Part shown: piece after piece, positions 30,384 to 39,498 of the stretch
How positions within the stretch are numbered: position 1 is the first letter of the stretch
How the letters are laid out: every line of letters begins with the position of its first letter
Assembly (NCBI GenBank): GCA_030688735.1
Contig: JAUYJC010000602.1
Coordinates: 1-62,547 of the forward strand
Reading direction: 5' to 3'
DNA length: 62,547 nt
From: Deltaproteobacteria bacterium
GTDB taxonomy: Bacteria; Desulfobacterota; Binatia; UBA9968
Notes under the pieces: generated by a model
What the model saw: only the letters and a program-made list of their open reading frames with translations
What the model was told of the DNA's origin: nothing
Databases searched by the model: none
Made by a program: the position numbers and the translations under genes

Positions 30384-31862
30384 CTAGAGCGTTGACAAAA
30401 ATCGCAGCACCGTGCGAACCCCGAACCCGGTGCCGCCTTTGTTGCACAGGGCTGTGTCGGTTTCCGCGAACGCCGGGCCGGCGATATCCAAATGCGCCCA
30501 GGGAACATCGCCGACGAACTCTTGCAGGATAAGCGCGGCGGTGATCGCGCCGCCATGCGACCCGCCGATGTTTTTCATATCGGCCACGCTGCTCTTGATC
30601 AGTTCACGATATTCTTTGACCAGCGGCAGTTGCCAGAGCTTTTCACCGGTGTCCCGCGCGCAGCGCAACAGCTGGTCGGCTAGCGGCTGGTTATTGCTGA
30701 ACAGCCCGCCGACTTCGCTGCCGAGCGCCACCATGCAGGCGCCCGTCAGGGTCGCCAGGTTGACCATGGTGTCGGGCTTTTGTTGCGCCGCTAGCGCCAA
30801 TGCGTCGGCCAGGATCAAGCGGCCCTCGGCGTCGGTGTTCAGAACTTCGATGGTCTTCCCGTTCAAATAGCGAATGACATCGCCCGGCTTTTGCGCGTTG
30901 GCGCCGGGAAGATTATCCGTCGTCGGAATGTAACCGGTGACCTCGATATCGAGGCCCAGGTGCGGCAGCCGGCTCATGGCGCCGATCACCGCCGCGCCGC
31001 CGGACATGTCGAGTTTCATCGTTTCCATGGACTTCGACGGCTTCAGGGAAAGCCCACCGGAGTCGAAGGTGATCCCTTTGCCGATCAACGCGATTCTTTT
31101 GCGCGGCTTGCCTGAGGGCCGGTAATGGATCTTGATGAAGCGCGGCTCTTCCTGACTGCCGCGATTGACCGCCAACAGCCCGTTGAGTTTCATCGCCGCA
31201 ATCTTCTGTTTGCCCCAGACTTCGACGGTCAAACCGCGACCGCGGCAATGGCGCCGCGCCTGTTCTCCGAGGAACCGGGCGGTGGTCACCGAGGGTGGCT
31301 CATTGATCAGATCGCGGGCGAGATAAACGCCCGGCAGCGTGCGCTGCACGATCGCAATCGATTTGTCCATCGCCGCGCTGCGGCTCAACCCCGGTCGGAA
31401 GAACGTCAGTTGTCTTACCGCATCGGAAGGTTTGGAGTTCGACCGGTATTTGTTGAATTGATAGGAAGCGAGTAGCATTCCTTCGACGATGGCGGCCGCC
31501 GCCTGCTCCGGACTCTCGGCCGGCGCGAAGAACAACGCGATGTCGGCGGCGCCGACACCCGCCGCTTCCCGCCGCGCCCGCGCCCCCGCTTTGCGCCAAA
31601 CATCCGGCTCGACGTCTTTCGCGCTGCCCATGCCGAGCAACAGTAAATGAGACGATGGCAGCAGGCCGGAGGCCGGGTAAAGCAAGGCGCTTCCCTCGGC
31701 GCCGGTGAACTTGCTCTTTTGGATGCGTTCGGAAAGTTTTCCCCGCAAACGCCGGTCGAGCGCGCGTAGCGGCACCTCTTCGAGCTTTTTCTCCAGGACC
31801 GGCAAGACCAGCAGGTCGGCCTTGACGGTTTCAACACGTGCATCTCTGAATCGGGTTTCCAC
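30384..31862 (-). CDS. pepA: Leucyl aminopeptidase (M17)
   Basis: GKGITFDSGG, MKLDMSG, NTDAEGRL, ATLTGA, HLDIAG. Confidence 0.95.
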   Translation of the reverse strand: METRFRDARVETVKADLLVLPVLEKKLEEVPLRALDRRLRGKLSERIQKSKFTGAEGSALLYPASGLLPSSHLLLLGMGSAKDVEPDVWRKAGARARREAAGVGAADIALFFAPAESPEQAAAAIVEGMLLASYQFNKYRSNSKPSDAVRQLTFFRPGLSRSAAMDKSIAIVQRTLPGVYLARDLINEPPSVTTARFLGEQARRHCRGRGLTVEVWGKQKIAAMKLNGLLAVNRGSQEEPRFIKIHYRPSGKPRKRIALIGKGITFDSGGLSLKPSKSMETMKLDMSGGAAVIGAMSRLPHLGLDIEVTGYIPTTDNLPGANAQKPGDVIRYLNGKTIEVLNTDAEGRLILADALALAAQQKPDTMVNLATLTGACMVALGSEVGGLFSNNQPLADQLLRCARDTGEKLWQLPLVKEYRELIKSSVADMKNIGGSHGGAITAALILQEFVGDVPWAHLDIAGPAFAETDTALCNKGGTGFGVRTVLRFLSTL

Positions 31863-31873
31863 GAATTTCTCTC

Positions 31874-32422
31874 TCAGGCTTTCTGCCGGATCAGCGTCAT
31901 GAACTCACTGCGGGTTTCCTGGCGGGTGCGGAAGGCGCCGAGCAATGTGCTGGTGATGATCATCGAATTCTGTTTCTCCACGCCGCGCATTCGCATGCAC
32001 AGATGCTCCGCTTCGATGACCACGGCCACGCCGAGAGGATCGAGTTTTTCCATGATGATGTTGGCGATCTGGTTGGTGAGCCGCTCCTGGACCTGGAGCC
32101 GGCGCGCGTATACGTCCACGAGACGGGCGAGCTTGGAGATGCCGACGAGCTTATGGTGCGGGATATAGGCGACGTGGGCCTTGCCGAAGAAGGGCAGCAA
32201 GTGATGCTCGCAGAGGGAAAAAAAATCGATATCCTTCTGCACGATCATCTCCTCGTAGTCTTCGGTAAAAAGGGCGTCGTTGATAACCTTTTCCGGGTCC
32301 AGTTGATATCCCTGGGTCAGGAAGGTCAGGGCTTCGGCGACCCGCTGCGGAGTCTTGACCAGCCCTTCGCGATCCGGATCTTCGCCCAAGGCTTTCAGGA
32401 TATGCCGAATCTGCTCTTCCAT
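31874..32422 (-). CDS. folE: GTP cyclohydrolase I
   Basis: [33 protein letters not shown]. Confidence 0.97.
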   Translation of the reverse strand: MEEQIRHILKALGEDPDREGLVKTPQRVAEALTFLTQGYQLDPEKVINDALFTEDYEEMIVQKDIDFFSLCEHHLLPFFGKAHVAYIPHHKLVGISKLARLVDVYARRLQVQERLTNQIANIIMEKLDPLGVAVVIEAEHLCMRMRGVEKQNSMIITSTLLGAFRTRQETRSEFMTLIRQKA

Positions 32423-32546
32423 TCCTATTTAACTCCACTTTTATCCGGAATTGCGCGCGGCAAGAATAAGTTTTTGCAACAAATGGTGAGTGGAAAAACT
32501 AACATTTACCCCAAGGGAGGTCAAACATGGTGTCCCGACGGCGGAC

Positions 32547-33284
32547 TTAGAGCCGTTTTAACAGCCACTCGGGTGTGAAGCGGAGGGCGTAAGCATTTAG
32601 AAAGGTCATATAATCGGTGAGTAAGAGGACGCCGACAATGGCCAACAAGACGCCGCTGGCCACATGAAAGGCACGAATGTAACGGCGGAAAGCCTGGGAA
32701 AACTGAAAAAAAGAATTGATCGCAAGGGCGCTGAGAAAAAACGGCAAACCTAATCCGGCTGCGTAGCTCGCCAGCAGAAACACTCCTCGCCCCACGTCGG
32801 CCGAAGCCCCGGCGACCGTCAGGACTGCACCCAGGATCGGGCCCACACAGGGGGTCCAGGCAACGGCAAACGTGATTCCCACGAGCACGGAACCGAGATA
32901 GCCCGCGGGTTTATTGCTGAGATTGAACTGGAGGTAGCGTTCCAGCGTGGCGATTTTAAAAACGCCCATCAGATAGAGCCCGACGACGAGTATAAAAATG
33001 CCGCCCACCGTGCGAATGACGTCTCGATAACCCAGGAAAAGGCTTCCAAGATAGCTCGCGGAGGCGCCGAGGGAAACGAAAACCAGCGAGAAACCCAGGA
33101 TAAAGGCGGAGGAGTTCAACACCACTCGCCACTTCACCCGCCCCAGCGTCTGTTCGCCGCGCATCTCTTCCAAGGAAACGCCGGAGATGAAGGATAGATA
33201 CGACGGAATGAGCGGCAGGACGCAGGGAGAAAGAAAGGAAAAGACACCGGCGACAAAGGCGACGAGCGCGTTGACCTCGGTCAT
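32547..33284 (-). CDS. ccdA: Cytochrome c biogenesis CcdA/DsbD-type transmembrane protein
   Basis: SFLSPCVLPLIP and WTPCVGPIL motifs; start ATG 33284. Confidence 0.9.
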   Translation of the reverse strand: MTEVNALVAFVAGVFSFLSPCVLPLIPSYLSFISGVSLEEMRGEQTLGRVKWRVVLNSSAFILGFSLVFVSLGASASYLGSLFLGYRDVIRTVGGIFILVVGLYLMGVFKIATLERYLQFNLSNKPAGYLGSVLVGITFAVAWTPCVGPILGAVLTVAGASADVGRGVFLLASYAAGLGLPFFLSALAINSFFQFSQAFRRYIRAFHVASGVLLAIVGVLLLTDYMTFLNAYALRFTPEWLLKRL

Positions 33285-33838
33285 CTTTTTCCTTCGGTCA
33301 GCTCTTTGATCAAATTGCGCGCGGCCGGACCATGCCACTCCGCCGGTCCCCAAGCGCGCGCCAGCCCCTCTCCCTTGGCTCCGATGAGATAGGTCGTCGG
33401 CAGACCCCAGGCGCCGTACAAGAGGCCCACCTCACCGTCGGGATCGAGGCCGATGGGATAAGTCAACTTAAGCTCCTTCACGAAGTTGATGGCGTCTTGC
33501 TTGCGGTCTTTGATAGCGACGGCCAGCACGACGAAATTTTTGTCCTTAAACTCCTGATACAAGCGATCCATCGCCGGCATCTCTTCACGGCAGGGAACGC
33601 ACCAGCTCGCCCAGAAATTGAGAAAGACAAGCTTCCCGCGAAAGTCTTTTAAAGAAATTTTCTTTCCCTCGGGCGTCGCCACACTGAAATCGGGGGTCGG
33701 GGAATTCTCCTTCATGGGCTCCAGATTGCGAATAACCTTATAATTGACCTTGGAAGACTGCGCCAAGACAGTCGTCCAAGATCCCAAGACGAGAAACCAC
33801 GAAAGGGAAAATACCAAGGGCCGAAAAATGATTCGCAT
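33281..33838 (-). CDS. TlpA/ResA-family thiol-disulfide reductase
   Basis: LNFWASWCVPCREEMP, GLPTTY, N-terminal signal or anchor. Confidence 0.9.
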   Translation of the reverse strand: MRIIFRPLVFSLSWFLVLGSWTTVLAQSSKVNYKVIRNLEPMKENSPTPDFSVATPEGKKISLKDFRGKLVFLNFWASWCVPCREEMPAMDRLYQEFKDKNFVVLAVAIKDRKQDAINFVKELKLTYPIGLDPDGEVGLLYGAWGLPTTYLIGAKGEGLARAWGPAEWHGPAARNLIKELTEGKR

Positions 33839-34114
33839 AATCCTCACTGTCGCATACTTTAACGAACTGGATGGGTGGGCGCAACAGCAGCTATCCGATC
33901 GATTCGGCGGCGACGAAAAGAACACGCGGGGCAATGGCAGGGGAAACGTTTTTTAGACTTCAATTATAAGCGGCTGGAGCGCATGCCGCTCGCGTCATCG
34001 AACGCGAATGTGCCGGATCAGTCACGCGCTGCTACTTCGCTGCGCCGGTGTATTGCCGTCAGTCAAGAACTGTCCGGCTCCAGCCGCGCGAGGCTTATAG
34101 AAGATTCGATCCGT

Positions 34115-34154
34115 AAAAAACAGAACCCTCCGGGTTGTACTGCCGGAGGGTCTG
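34115..34154 (-). terminator. Rho-independent terminator
   Basis: Minus strand CAGACCCTCCGG-loop-CCGGAGGGTTCTG followed by T6. Confidence 0.8.
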
Positions 34155-34239
34155 TCAAATAGGAAGCCAGAACGGCTGCCTGATCGCCTGAGATTAGGGA
34201 GGGTTTAACTTACCACCGCAACCTCACATCAGAAAACTA

Positions 34240-34287
34240 CTACTTTTTTTTGGTTTTTTTCTTAGCGGCTTTTTTCTTAGCGGCCAT
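34240..34287 (-). CDS. 15-aa Lys-rich micropeptide MAAKKKAAKKKTKKK
   Basis: TAAGGAGGTG Shine-Dalgarno directly upstream, ATG 34287, double stop TAG TAG, own promoter and terminator. Confidence 0.7.
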   Translation of the reverse strand: MAAKKKAAKKKTKKK

Positions 34288-34400
34288 AGACACCTCCTTA
34301 TAGATTTAAAGGGTGGGTTTTAGCTTCGGAGAAGGGTATGAAATCGACTCAGGCGGATAGAAGTGAATACGAAAACCCTCCCATAACTTGTAGCTGACCC

Positions 34401-34430
34401 ACTATAGCGACACAAGAGATTGTATGTCAA
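34401..34430 (-). promoter_or_regulatory. Sigma70-type promoter for the micropeptide unit
   Basis: TTGACA (34430-34425), 18-bp spacer, TATAGT (34406-34401), with AT-rich upstream sequence. Confidence 0.7.
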
Positions 34431-34569
34431 GAAAAAAATGGCATTTTAGAATATTTTTTTGACGCCACTGAAAAAGATTAGACGCTCCCCAGAGAGTCGC
34501 GGGAACATGCGATCCTTCGTTCCAGCAAACTTTTTGCCCCGCGGGTCGTCACGCAGTTGTCTATCGTCG

Positions 34570-34695
34570 TTTCGGAACACTTAATGATAAACTTATCGGC
34601 GCCCGACTTGATCGCTTCCGCCGCCCGCTCGATGGTGCCATGGGCGGTGATGATGACGGGAAGATCGTCATGGTTCCCGCTAAGGATTTCGCCCC
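34570..34695 (-). pseudogene. Fragment of an NtrC-type response-regulator receiver domain
   Basis: Translates as DDLPVIITAHGTIERAAEAIKSGADKFIIK; the N-terminal acidic pocket and the output domain are missing. Confidence 0.65.
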
Positions 34696-34905
34696 ACAGG
34701 CGTAGTGGCAGGCGCCATGGGCTTGCCCGTGGGGCTCCACATGCTTTTTTTGCGACCTAACGAAGCATCGCCGGGCGCAGCAGTCATACATGTCACGGCT
34801 CAGAGGAGCGATTCTAAGAACGCGATCGCTAGCGAGCCGCCGCCACGATACGTCCGGATACCACGAAACCGCCCGCGCCGACTCATGCCACTCGCGCTCA
34901 AAACA

Positions 34906-34935
34906 TTGACAAGCTTATCACCTGCTGCCTATATT
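34906..34935 (+). promoter_or_regulatory. Candidate sigma70 promoter
   Basis: TTGACA-18 bp-TATATT. Confidence 0.45.
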
Positions 34936-35260
34936 CTGCGCCGTGACAAGTCTTTGTGGAAAAAGGAAGCTGAGCGCGATTGTTCAAGCGGTCTTCTCGA
35001 AACGCTAACGGGACCCTATAACGCGATCGTGACAAAAAAGCGGCTCAGCCAGGTCGGCGCGTAGTTTGTGGTGCGCATCAAGCTCGGCAAGTTCGGTGGC
35101 CTTTACGGGAGTACGCGCGACTTTGATTCGAAAGCCTTCGCTTTCTATCAAACCAAAACCGGGAGCACCCCAAGGCCAAGAACGTGACACGCAGTGATTC
35201 AGCGACCTGATTTTTTCATCATAGAATTCAATCCGGTGGTCAGACAATGACGGGAGTTAT

Positions 35261-36154
35261 ATGACCAATCCAACAGTCGGTTTCATCGGCCTCGGCATCA
35301 TGGGCAAGCCCATGGCGCGTAATCTCATGAAGACGGGCTACTCTCTCGTCATCCACAACCGCAGCCGCGCGGCGGTGGATGAGTTGAGCAAGGAAGGCGC
35401 CGAGGTCGCGGGTAGCGGGCAGGAAGTCGCTTCACGAAGCGATATCGTTATCACTATGCTACCCGACTCACCGGACGTCGAGCTGGTTTGCGCCGGTGAT
35501 CGAGGCGTTTTCGCCGGGGTAAAGTCGGGAGGCTTGCTGATCGATATGTCGAGCATTTCGCCCGTGGTCGCGCGCAAATTGGCGGCAACGGCAAAAACGC
35601 TCGGCTGCGACATGCTCGACGCGCCGGTGAGCGGCGGCGAAGCGGGCGCCATCGGCGCCACGCTCTCGATCATGATCGGCGGCGCCGCTACGGCGGTGGA
35701 GCGGGCAATGCCGATCTTTCAGGCGTTGGGGAAAAACATCGTCCACGTCGGCGACGCCGGCGCCGGGCAGGTGACCAAGGCCGCCAACCAGATGGTAGTC
35801 GGAACCACCATCGCGATCGTTGGCGAAGCGTTGGTGTTGGCAGCTAAAGCCGGCGTCGATCCTGCCAAAGTGAGGCAAGCGTTGCTCGGCGGCTTCGCTC
35901 AGTCGAAAATTCTCGAAGCGCATGGGCAAAAGATGCTGGACCGCAATTTCAAACCCGGCTTTCGCATCCGCCTGCACGAGAAAGATATGCAGATCGCCCT
36001 GGCGACGGGGAGCGAATACGGCGTGCCGTTAATGGTTACAGGCATTGTGGGGCAAATGATGACCGCGATGAAAGGCATGGGCAACGGCGACCTCGATCAC
36101 TCAGGGTTGGTGAAGTTCGTTGAGGAATTGGCGAAGAAAGAACTGAGTGCTTAA
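35261..36154 (+). CDS. garR: 2-hydroxy-3-oxopropionate (tartronate semialdehyde) reductase, GarR/GlxR-like
   Basis: FIGLGIMGKPM, LDAPVSGG, GQVTKAANQ, FKPGFRI.LH.KD. Confidence 0.88.
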   Translation: MTNPTVGFIGLGIMGKPMARNLMKTGYSLVIHNRSRAAVDELSKEGAEVAGSGQEVASRSDIVITMLPDSPDVELVCAGDRGVFAGVKSGGLLIDMSSISPVVARKLAATAKTLGCDMLDAPVSGGEAGAIGATLSIMIGGAATAVERAMPIFQALGKNIVHVGDAGAGQVTKAANQMVVGTTIAIVGEALVLAAKAGVDPAKVRQALLGGFAQSKILEAHGQKMLDRNFKPGFRIRLHEKDMQIALATGSEYGVPLMVTGIVGQMMTAMKGMGNGDLDHSGLVKFVEELAKKELSA

Positions 36155-36175
36155 CGCATTTGGTACCAGTAATGC

Positions 36176-36227
36176 GTAGGGTGCGCTTGCGCACTGGATT
36201 TCGAATGGTGCGCGTAGCGCACCCTAC
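36176..36227. repeat. Inverted GTAG-family REP doublet between convergent genes
   Basis: GTAGGGTGCGCTTGCGCAC ... GTGCGCGTAGCGCACCCTAC. Confidence 0.75.
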
Positions 36228-36273
36228 TTTAACTCGAAACCCCAAACTCGAAACACGCTACCGACGCGTAGCG

Positions 36274-37290
36274 TCAGGGCTTCCACCCTGCCCTATTTAA
36301 CTGCTGGTCCGCTTCCAGCGCGAAGCTGAAATCATAAGCCTTTGCGGTCGGGACCGTATCGTTGGAGTTGACGACCTGGCGGACGATATTCAAGTCGTTT
36401 CGCTGTGCTTCCTCGTCCACCGCGCCATTGCGCGTAAAAGTCGGGATGAGTTCGTCGTAAAGCCGGCTCGCCTGCTGGCGCGAGACTCCGGAGAACTTTA
36501 TAAGCGCGGCGATGGCGCCTTCTTTGTCCTGGCGCAGGTAGCGCAACGCTTTGATCGTTGCCCGAACATATGCGCTAACCAGCTTGGGGTTTTCCTTGAT
36601 CAGCTTGTCGGTTGTCCCGAGCGTGCCCCAGGAGTTTTTGACTTCGTTGCCGAAAAAAAACATCTCCCGCATCCCCTTGTCGAGACCAACGTAGCGCGCC
36701 TCCACGCTCAACACCGCGGCATCCACGGTTCCCGCCAGCAGCGCCGGCAGTTGGTTGTTGGTGCCGGGGTCGAGATAAATAACATCCTTGCCGGCATCGA
36801 GCCCATGTTTGGCAAGAATCTGCTTCAGCATGAAGGTTGCGATGGAGGCGACTCCCGTAGTCGCGATTCTCTTCCCTTTAAGCTCCTTGGGGTCGCTGAT
36901 ATTGGGCCGGGTGAGCAGCCATTGGAGCACCCGATCGTTGGTTGACGCAACCACCTTCAGAGGCGCGTTCGCCCTGGCGATGCTCACCAGCGCGCTCGAC
37001 CCCGCGCCGGTAAATTGGACATCGCCGCCGAGCATCGCCTGGATGCTCGTCACCGGAGAGATATAAATGACCTTGAGGTCGATTCCCTCCTCATGCATGT
37101 ATCCTTTCTCTTGCGCCAGCGGGTAGATCACCATCTGAAAGCTTTTCGAAGGAATCCCCATGTTGACGGTCTGGAGTGTTTGCCCGCCGCCATTTTGCGG
37201 GACTGCCAGTACCAGGCAAACTAGGAGCATAACCGGCGCCAGCGTTATCTTCCGACACTGGCAACGAAAGATTTGTAATCCGCGTCTCAT
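36274..37290 (-). CDS. ABC-type substrate-binding protein (NMT1/THI5-like), orphan
   Basis: GAGGAGG RBS, signal peptide, KGYMHEEGID, ELKGKRIA, YDFSF. Confidence 0.85.
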   Translation of the reverse strand: MRRGLQIFRCQCRKITLAPVMLLVCLVLAVPQNGGGQTLQTVNMGIPSKSFQMVIYPLAQEKGYMHEEGIDLKVIYISPVTSIQAMLGGDVQFTGAGSSALVSIARANAPLKVVASTNDRVLQWLLTRPNISDPKELKGKRIATTGVASIATFMLKQILAKHGLDAGKDVIYLDPGTNNQLPALLAGTVDAAVLSVEARYVGLDKGMREMFFFGNEVKNSWGTLGTTDKLIKENPKLVSAYVRATIKALRYLRQDKEGAIAALIKFSGVSRQQASRLYDELIPTFTRNGAVDEEAQRNDLNIVRQVVNSNDTVPTAKAYDFSFALEADQQLNRAGWKP

Positions 37291-37561
37291 GATATATTCC
37301 TCCTCAGCTAATACAGACGTATTAAGTAACGTTACCTGCTCGCGAAAGAAAGCCTTCGGACCGGGACCCACGGGTCTCTACGTCGAAAGCCCCCGCCCCA
37401 ATGCAAATACAGCATCGATAAAGCATTCTCCTTCAGTAATCAGGTTGATGGTTCGCGCACATCAGCGCTCCACCCCTGACTTCGGCTGAAGATATATCAA
37501 AAACTAGCGCTGTTGCGCCACCGGCCAGGCATTGTTCCCTCCTGATCTCCTAAAGGAACGA

Positions 37562-38461
37562 CTAGCCTCTGAGCGCACCTGTAACAATCCACTCAGAGGC
37601 GATCTGCCGCGCGTTGCTGCTTTTCTCGGGAGCCACTTGGGACAGAAGTCGCTCGAACTGCTTGAAGTCAACCGCCAGCGACTCGTCCATGCACACGAGA
37701 TACTCTTCGACGGTCCTGGCAGCAAGGGCCGGCGAGTGGCCGAATTTCCCGGCAAGCAACTTAATCGCTTCATTCCGATTCGCGTTAATGTAACGGACTC
37801 CTTCGCGATGGGCTTCAAAGAAAGCACGGAATTCGTCTCGCCGCTCTTTCGCAAGCGCCGCCGTGGTTTCAATCGTAATCGGCAACGGATCGTCCACGAC
37901 ATCGGGCCAAGCGGCAATTCTTTTGAATCCCTTTTCCTCGGCCATGAAACCATAAGGGCGCGGCAGCAACGCGGCAGCAACCTGGCCACCGATAAGTAAA
38001 TGAAAAGTCTCTTGATCGCTTTTGGGCAGCTTGAGGGTTACCTCTCCATCCAATTTTATCCCAGCGTATTCCTGAAAAACCCGCGCGAACGGCACTCCGC
38101 GCGCCGGACCTTCGCGGCAGGCAACCGTCTTCCCCTTGAGCTCTCGCAGTTCGCCGACGGCGGCATCGGCGACCAGGTAATATGGGCAACTGTTCATGAC
38201 GCAACCGAGGACGCGCGTTGAATAGGTATCGAGAAAATGTTGCAGCGAAGCACGCCCGACAACAAAAGAAATTTGCGCTTCGCCGCTTTCGAGCCGCCGG
38301 TATCTTTCTTCGGTCCCCTGGACGTGGTTCCAAGAAATCTCCAAGCCATGTCGCTGGTAAATGCCGGCCTCGATCGAAAGATAACCCGACGGGTCCCGCG
38401 CGAACTTGCGCTCCGTTCCTTCCAGGTGGCCATACATGACGTTGAGGTGTACGAGGGTCAT
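37562..38461 (-). CDS. Periplasmic-binding-protein-fold protein (NMT1-like) with no evident signal peptide
   Basis: EAGIYQRHGLEI, ELKGKTVA, GQVAAALL; GGAGG RBS before ATG 38461. Confidence 0.75.
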   Translation of the reverse strand: MTLVHLNVMYGHLEGTERKFARDPSGYLSIEAGIYQRHGLEISWNHVQGTEERYRRLESGEAQISFVVGRASLQHFLDTYSTRVLGCVMNSCPYYLVADAAVGELRELKGKTVACREGPARGVPFARVFQEYAGIKLDGEVTLKLPKSDQETFHLLIGGQVAAALLPRPYGFMAEEKGFKRIAAWPDVVDDPLPITIETTAALAKERRDEFRAFFEAHREGVRYINANRNEAIKLLAGKFGHSPALAARTVEEYLVCMDESLAVDFKQFERLLSQVAPEKSSNARQIASEWIVTGALRG

Positions 38462-38505
38462 TTCCAAACCTCCGAGGTCCTTTCTCCGCTATAACCGAAT
38501 CATTA

Positions 38506-39204
38506 TCAACGGCCCTTGCCGTAACTGCCTTGCAGCGTGAGCGTGTTGATGAATCGTTCCATGGCCGTGTCGTCGCGATATTTGTTCATATCGTATTGCT
38601 CGAAGTGGACGATCTCGTCCAACTCCCGGCGCGGCGGCGTCGCAAAATTTCCCTTGGCGTAGCCGATCGGAACCAGATGATAAATGCGCAGCGGCTCGGG
38701 GATCTTGAGCATCGCCTTGAGCAGCGTTTCCATGTAGGGAGAGTTGGCGTCGCTGACGTATTGCGACGCCAGACCTAACGACGCCGCGGCCAAGTGAATT
38801 AGCAGGGTTACATTGGCCAGTCCAGTGATGAAATGCGAGTCCGCTTTCTCCAATTTCGTCCTGATCGGATAGGCCTCTTTGACCCTTGGATCGCCGAGAA
38901 TGATGATATGCACCGGAGCGTGGCGAAAGCCGTCGCCGGTCATCTTGGCCGTGCCTCTTACGGCCAAATCCATCTCGCGCTTGGGCTCCAACTGTTTCAG
39001 GTAGATGTCGGCGATCTTGTGCCGTGTTGTCTGATCTCTCACGATAATAAATTCCCACGGCTGTCCGTTGCCGCCCGACGGCGCCCAGCGGGCGCATTCC
39101 AGGATCGCGCGGATTGCCTCCTCCGACACCTCCCGGCTCTCGTCGTAACCGCGAATACTGCGGCGCTGGATCGTCAACTGGCGCAATTCATCGATGTTCA
39201 TCAT
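38506..39204 (-). CDS. Nitroreductase family flavoprotein
   Basis: RRSIRGY, ARWAPSGGNGQPWEF, LAAASLGL, PIGY, RRELDEIVH. Confidence 0.9.
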   Translation of the reverse strand: MMNIDELRQLTIQRRSIRGYDESREVSEEAIRAILECARWAPSGGNGQPWEFIIVRDQTTRHKIADIYLKQLEPKREMDLAVRGTAKMTGDGFRHAPVHIIILGDPRVKEAYPIRTKLEKADSHFITGLANVTLLIHLAAASLGLASQYVSDANSPYMETLLKAMLKIPEPLRIYHLVPIGYAKGNFATPPRRELDEIVHFEQYDMNKYRDDTAMERFINTLTLQGSYGKGR

Positions 39205-39349
39205 GGTCGTCCCCAGGTTCATCCGCTTCGATCCGTTCGCCCTCGAAGTAGTAGCGGCTGCTGAAGCTCACATGGTCCAAGAGATCCGCTGCTTTGAAAG
39301 CGACGAAATAAAGAATGCCTTCTTTCTGCGTGATCCGCGTGGCAAGCAT
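39188..39349 (-). pseudogene. 53-aa ORF, probably the N-terminal fragment of a longer gene (DGQHR-like by recall)
   Basis: AAGGAGG RBS, then MLATRITQKEGILYFVAFKAADLLDHVSFSSRYYFEGE; runs into the nitroreductase start. Confidence 0.4.
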
Positions 39350-39498
39350 AGGTCCTCCTTGGTTCGGGCGAGTATAATGCCTCCGCGGGGCGATTTGCCA
39401 GTCAAAAAAATTTGTCGCATTGCTCAACAAAAAATCGACGGCGACAATTTCGTTTGTGCGAGCGGTATGCTATTTTAGCATGTACTCGTAACAATAAA

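Noticed and set aside
33773-33830. Heptamer-like periodicity in the TlpA signal-peptide region
   Set aside because: Too degenerate to distinguish from hydrophobic codon bias by eye
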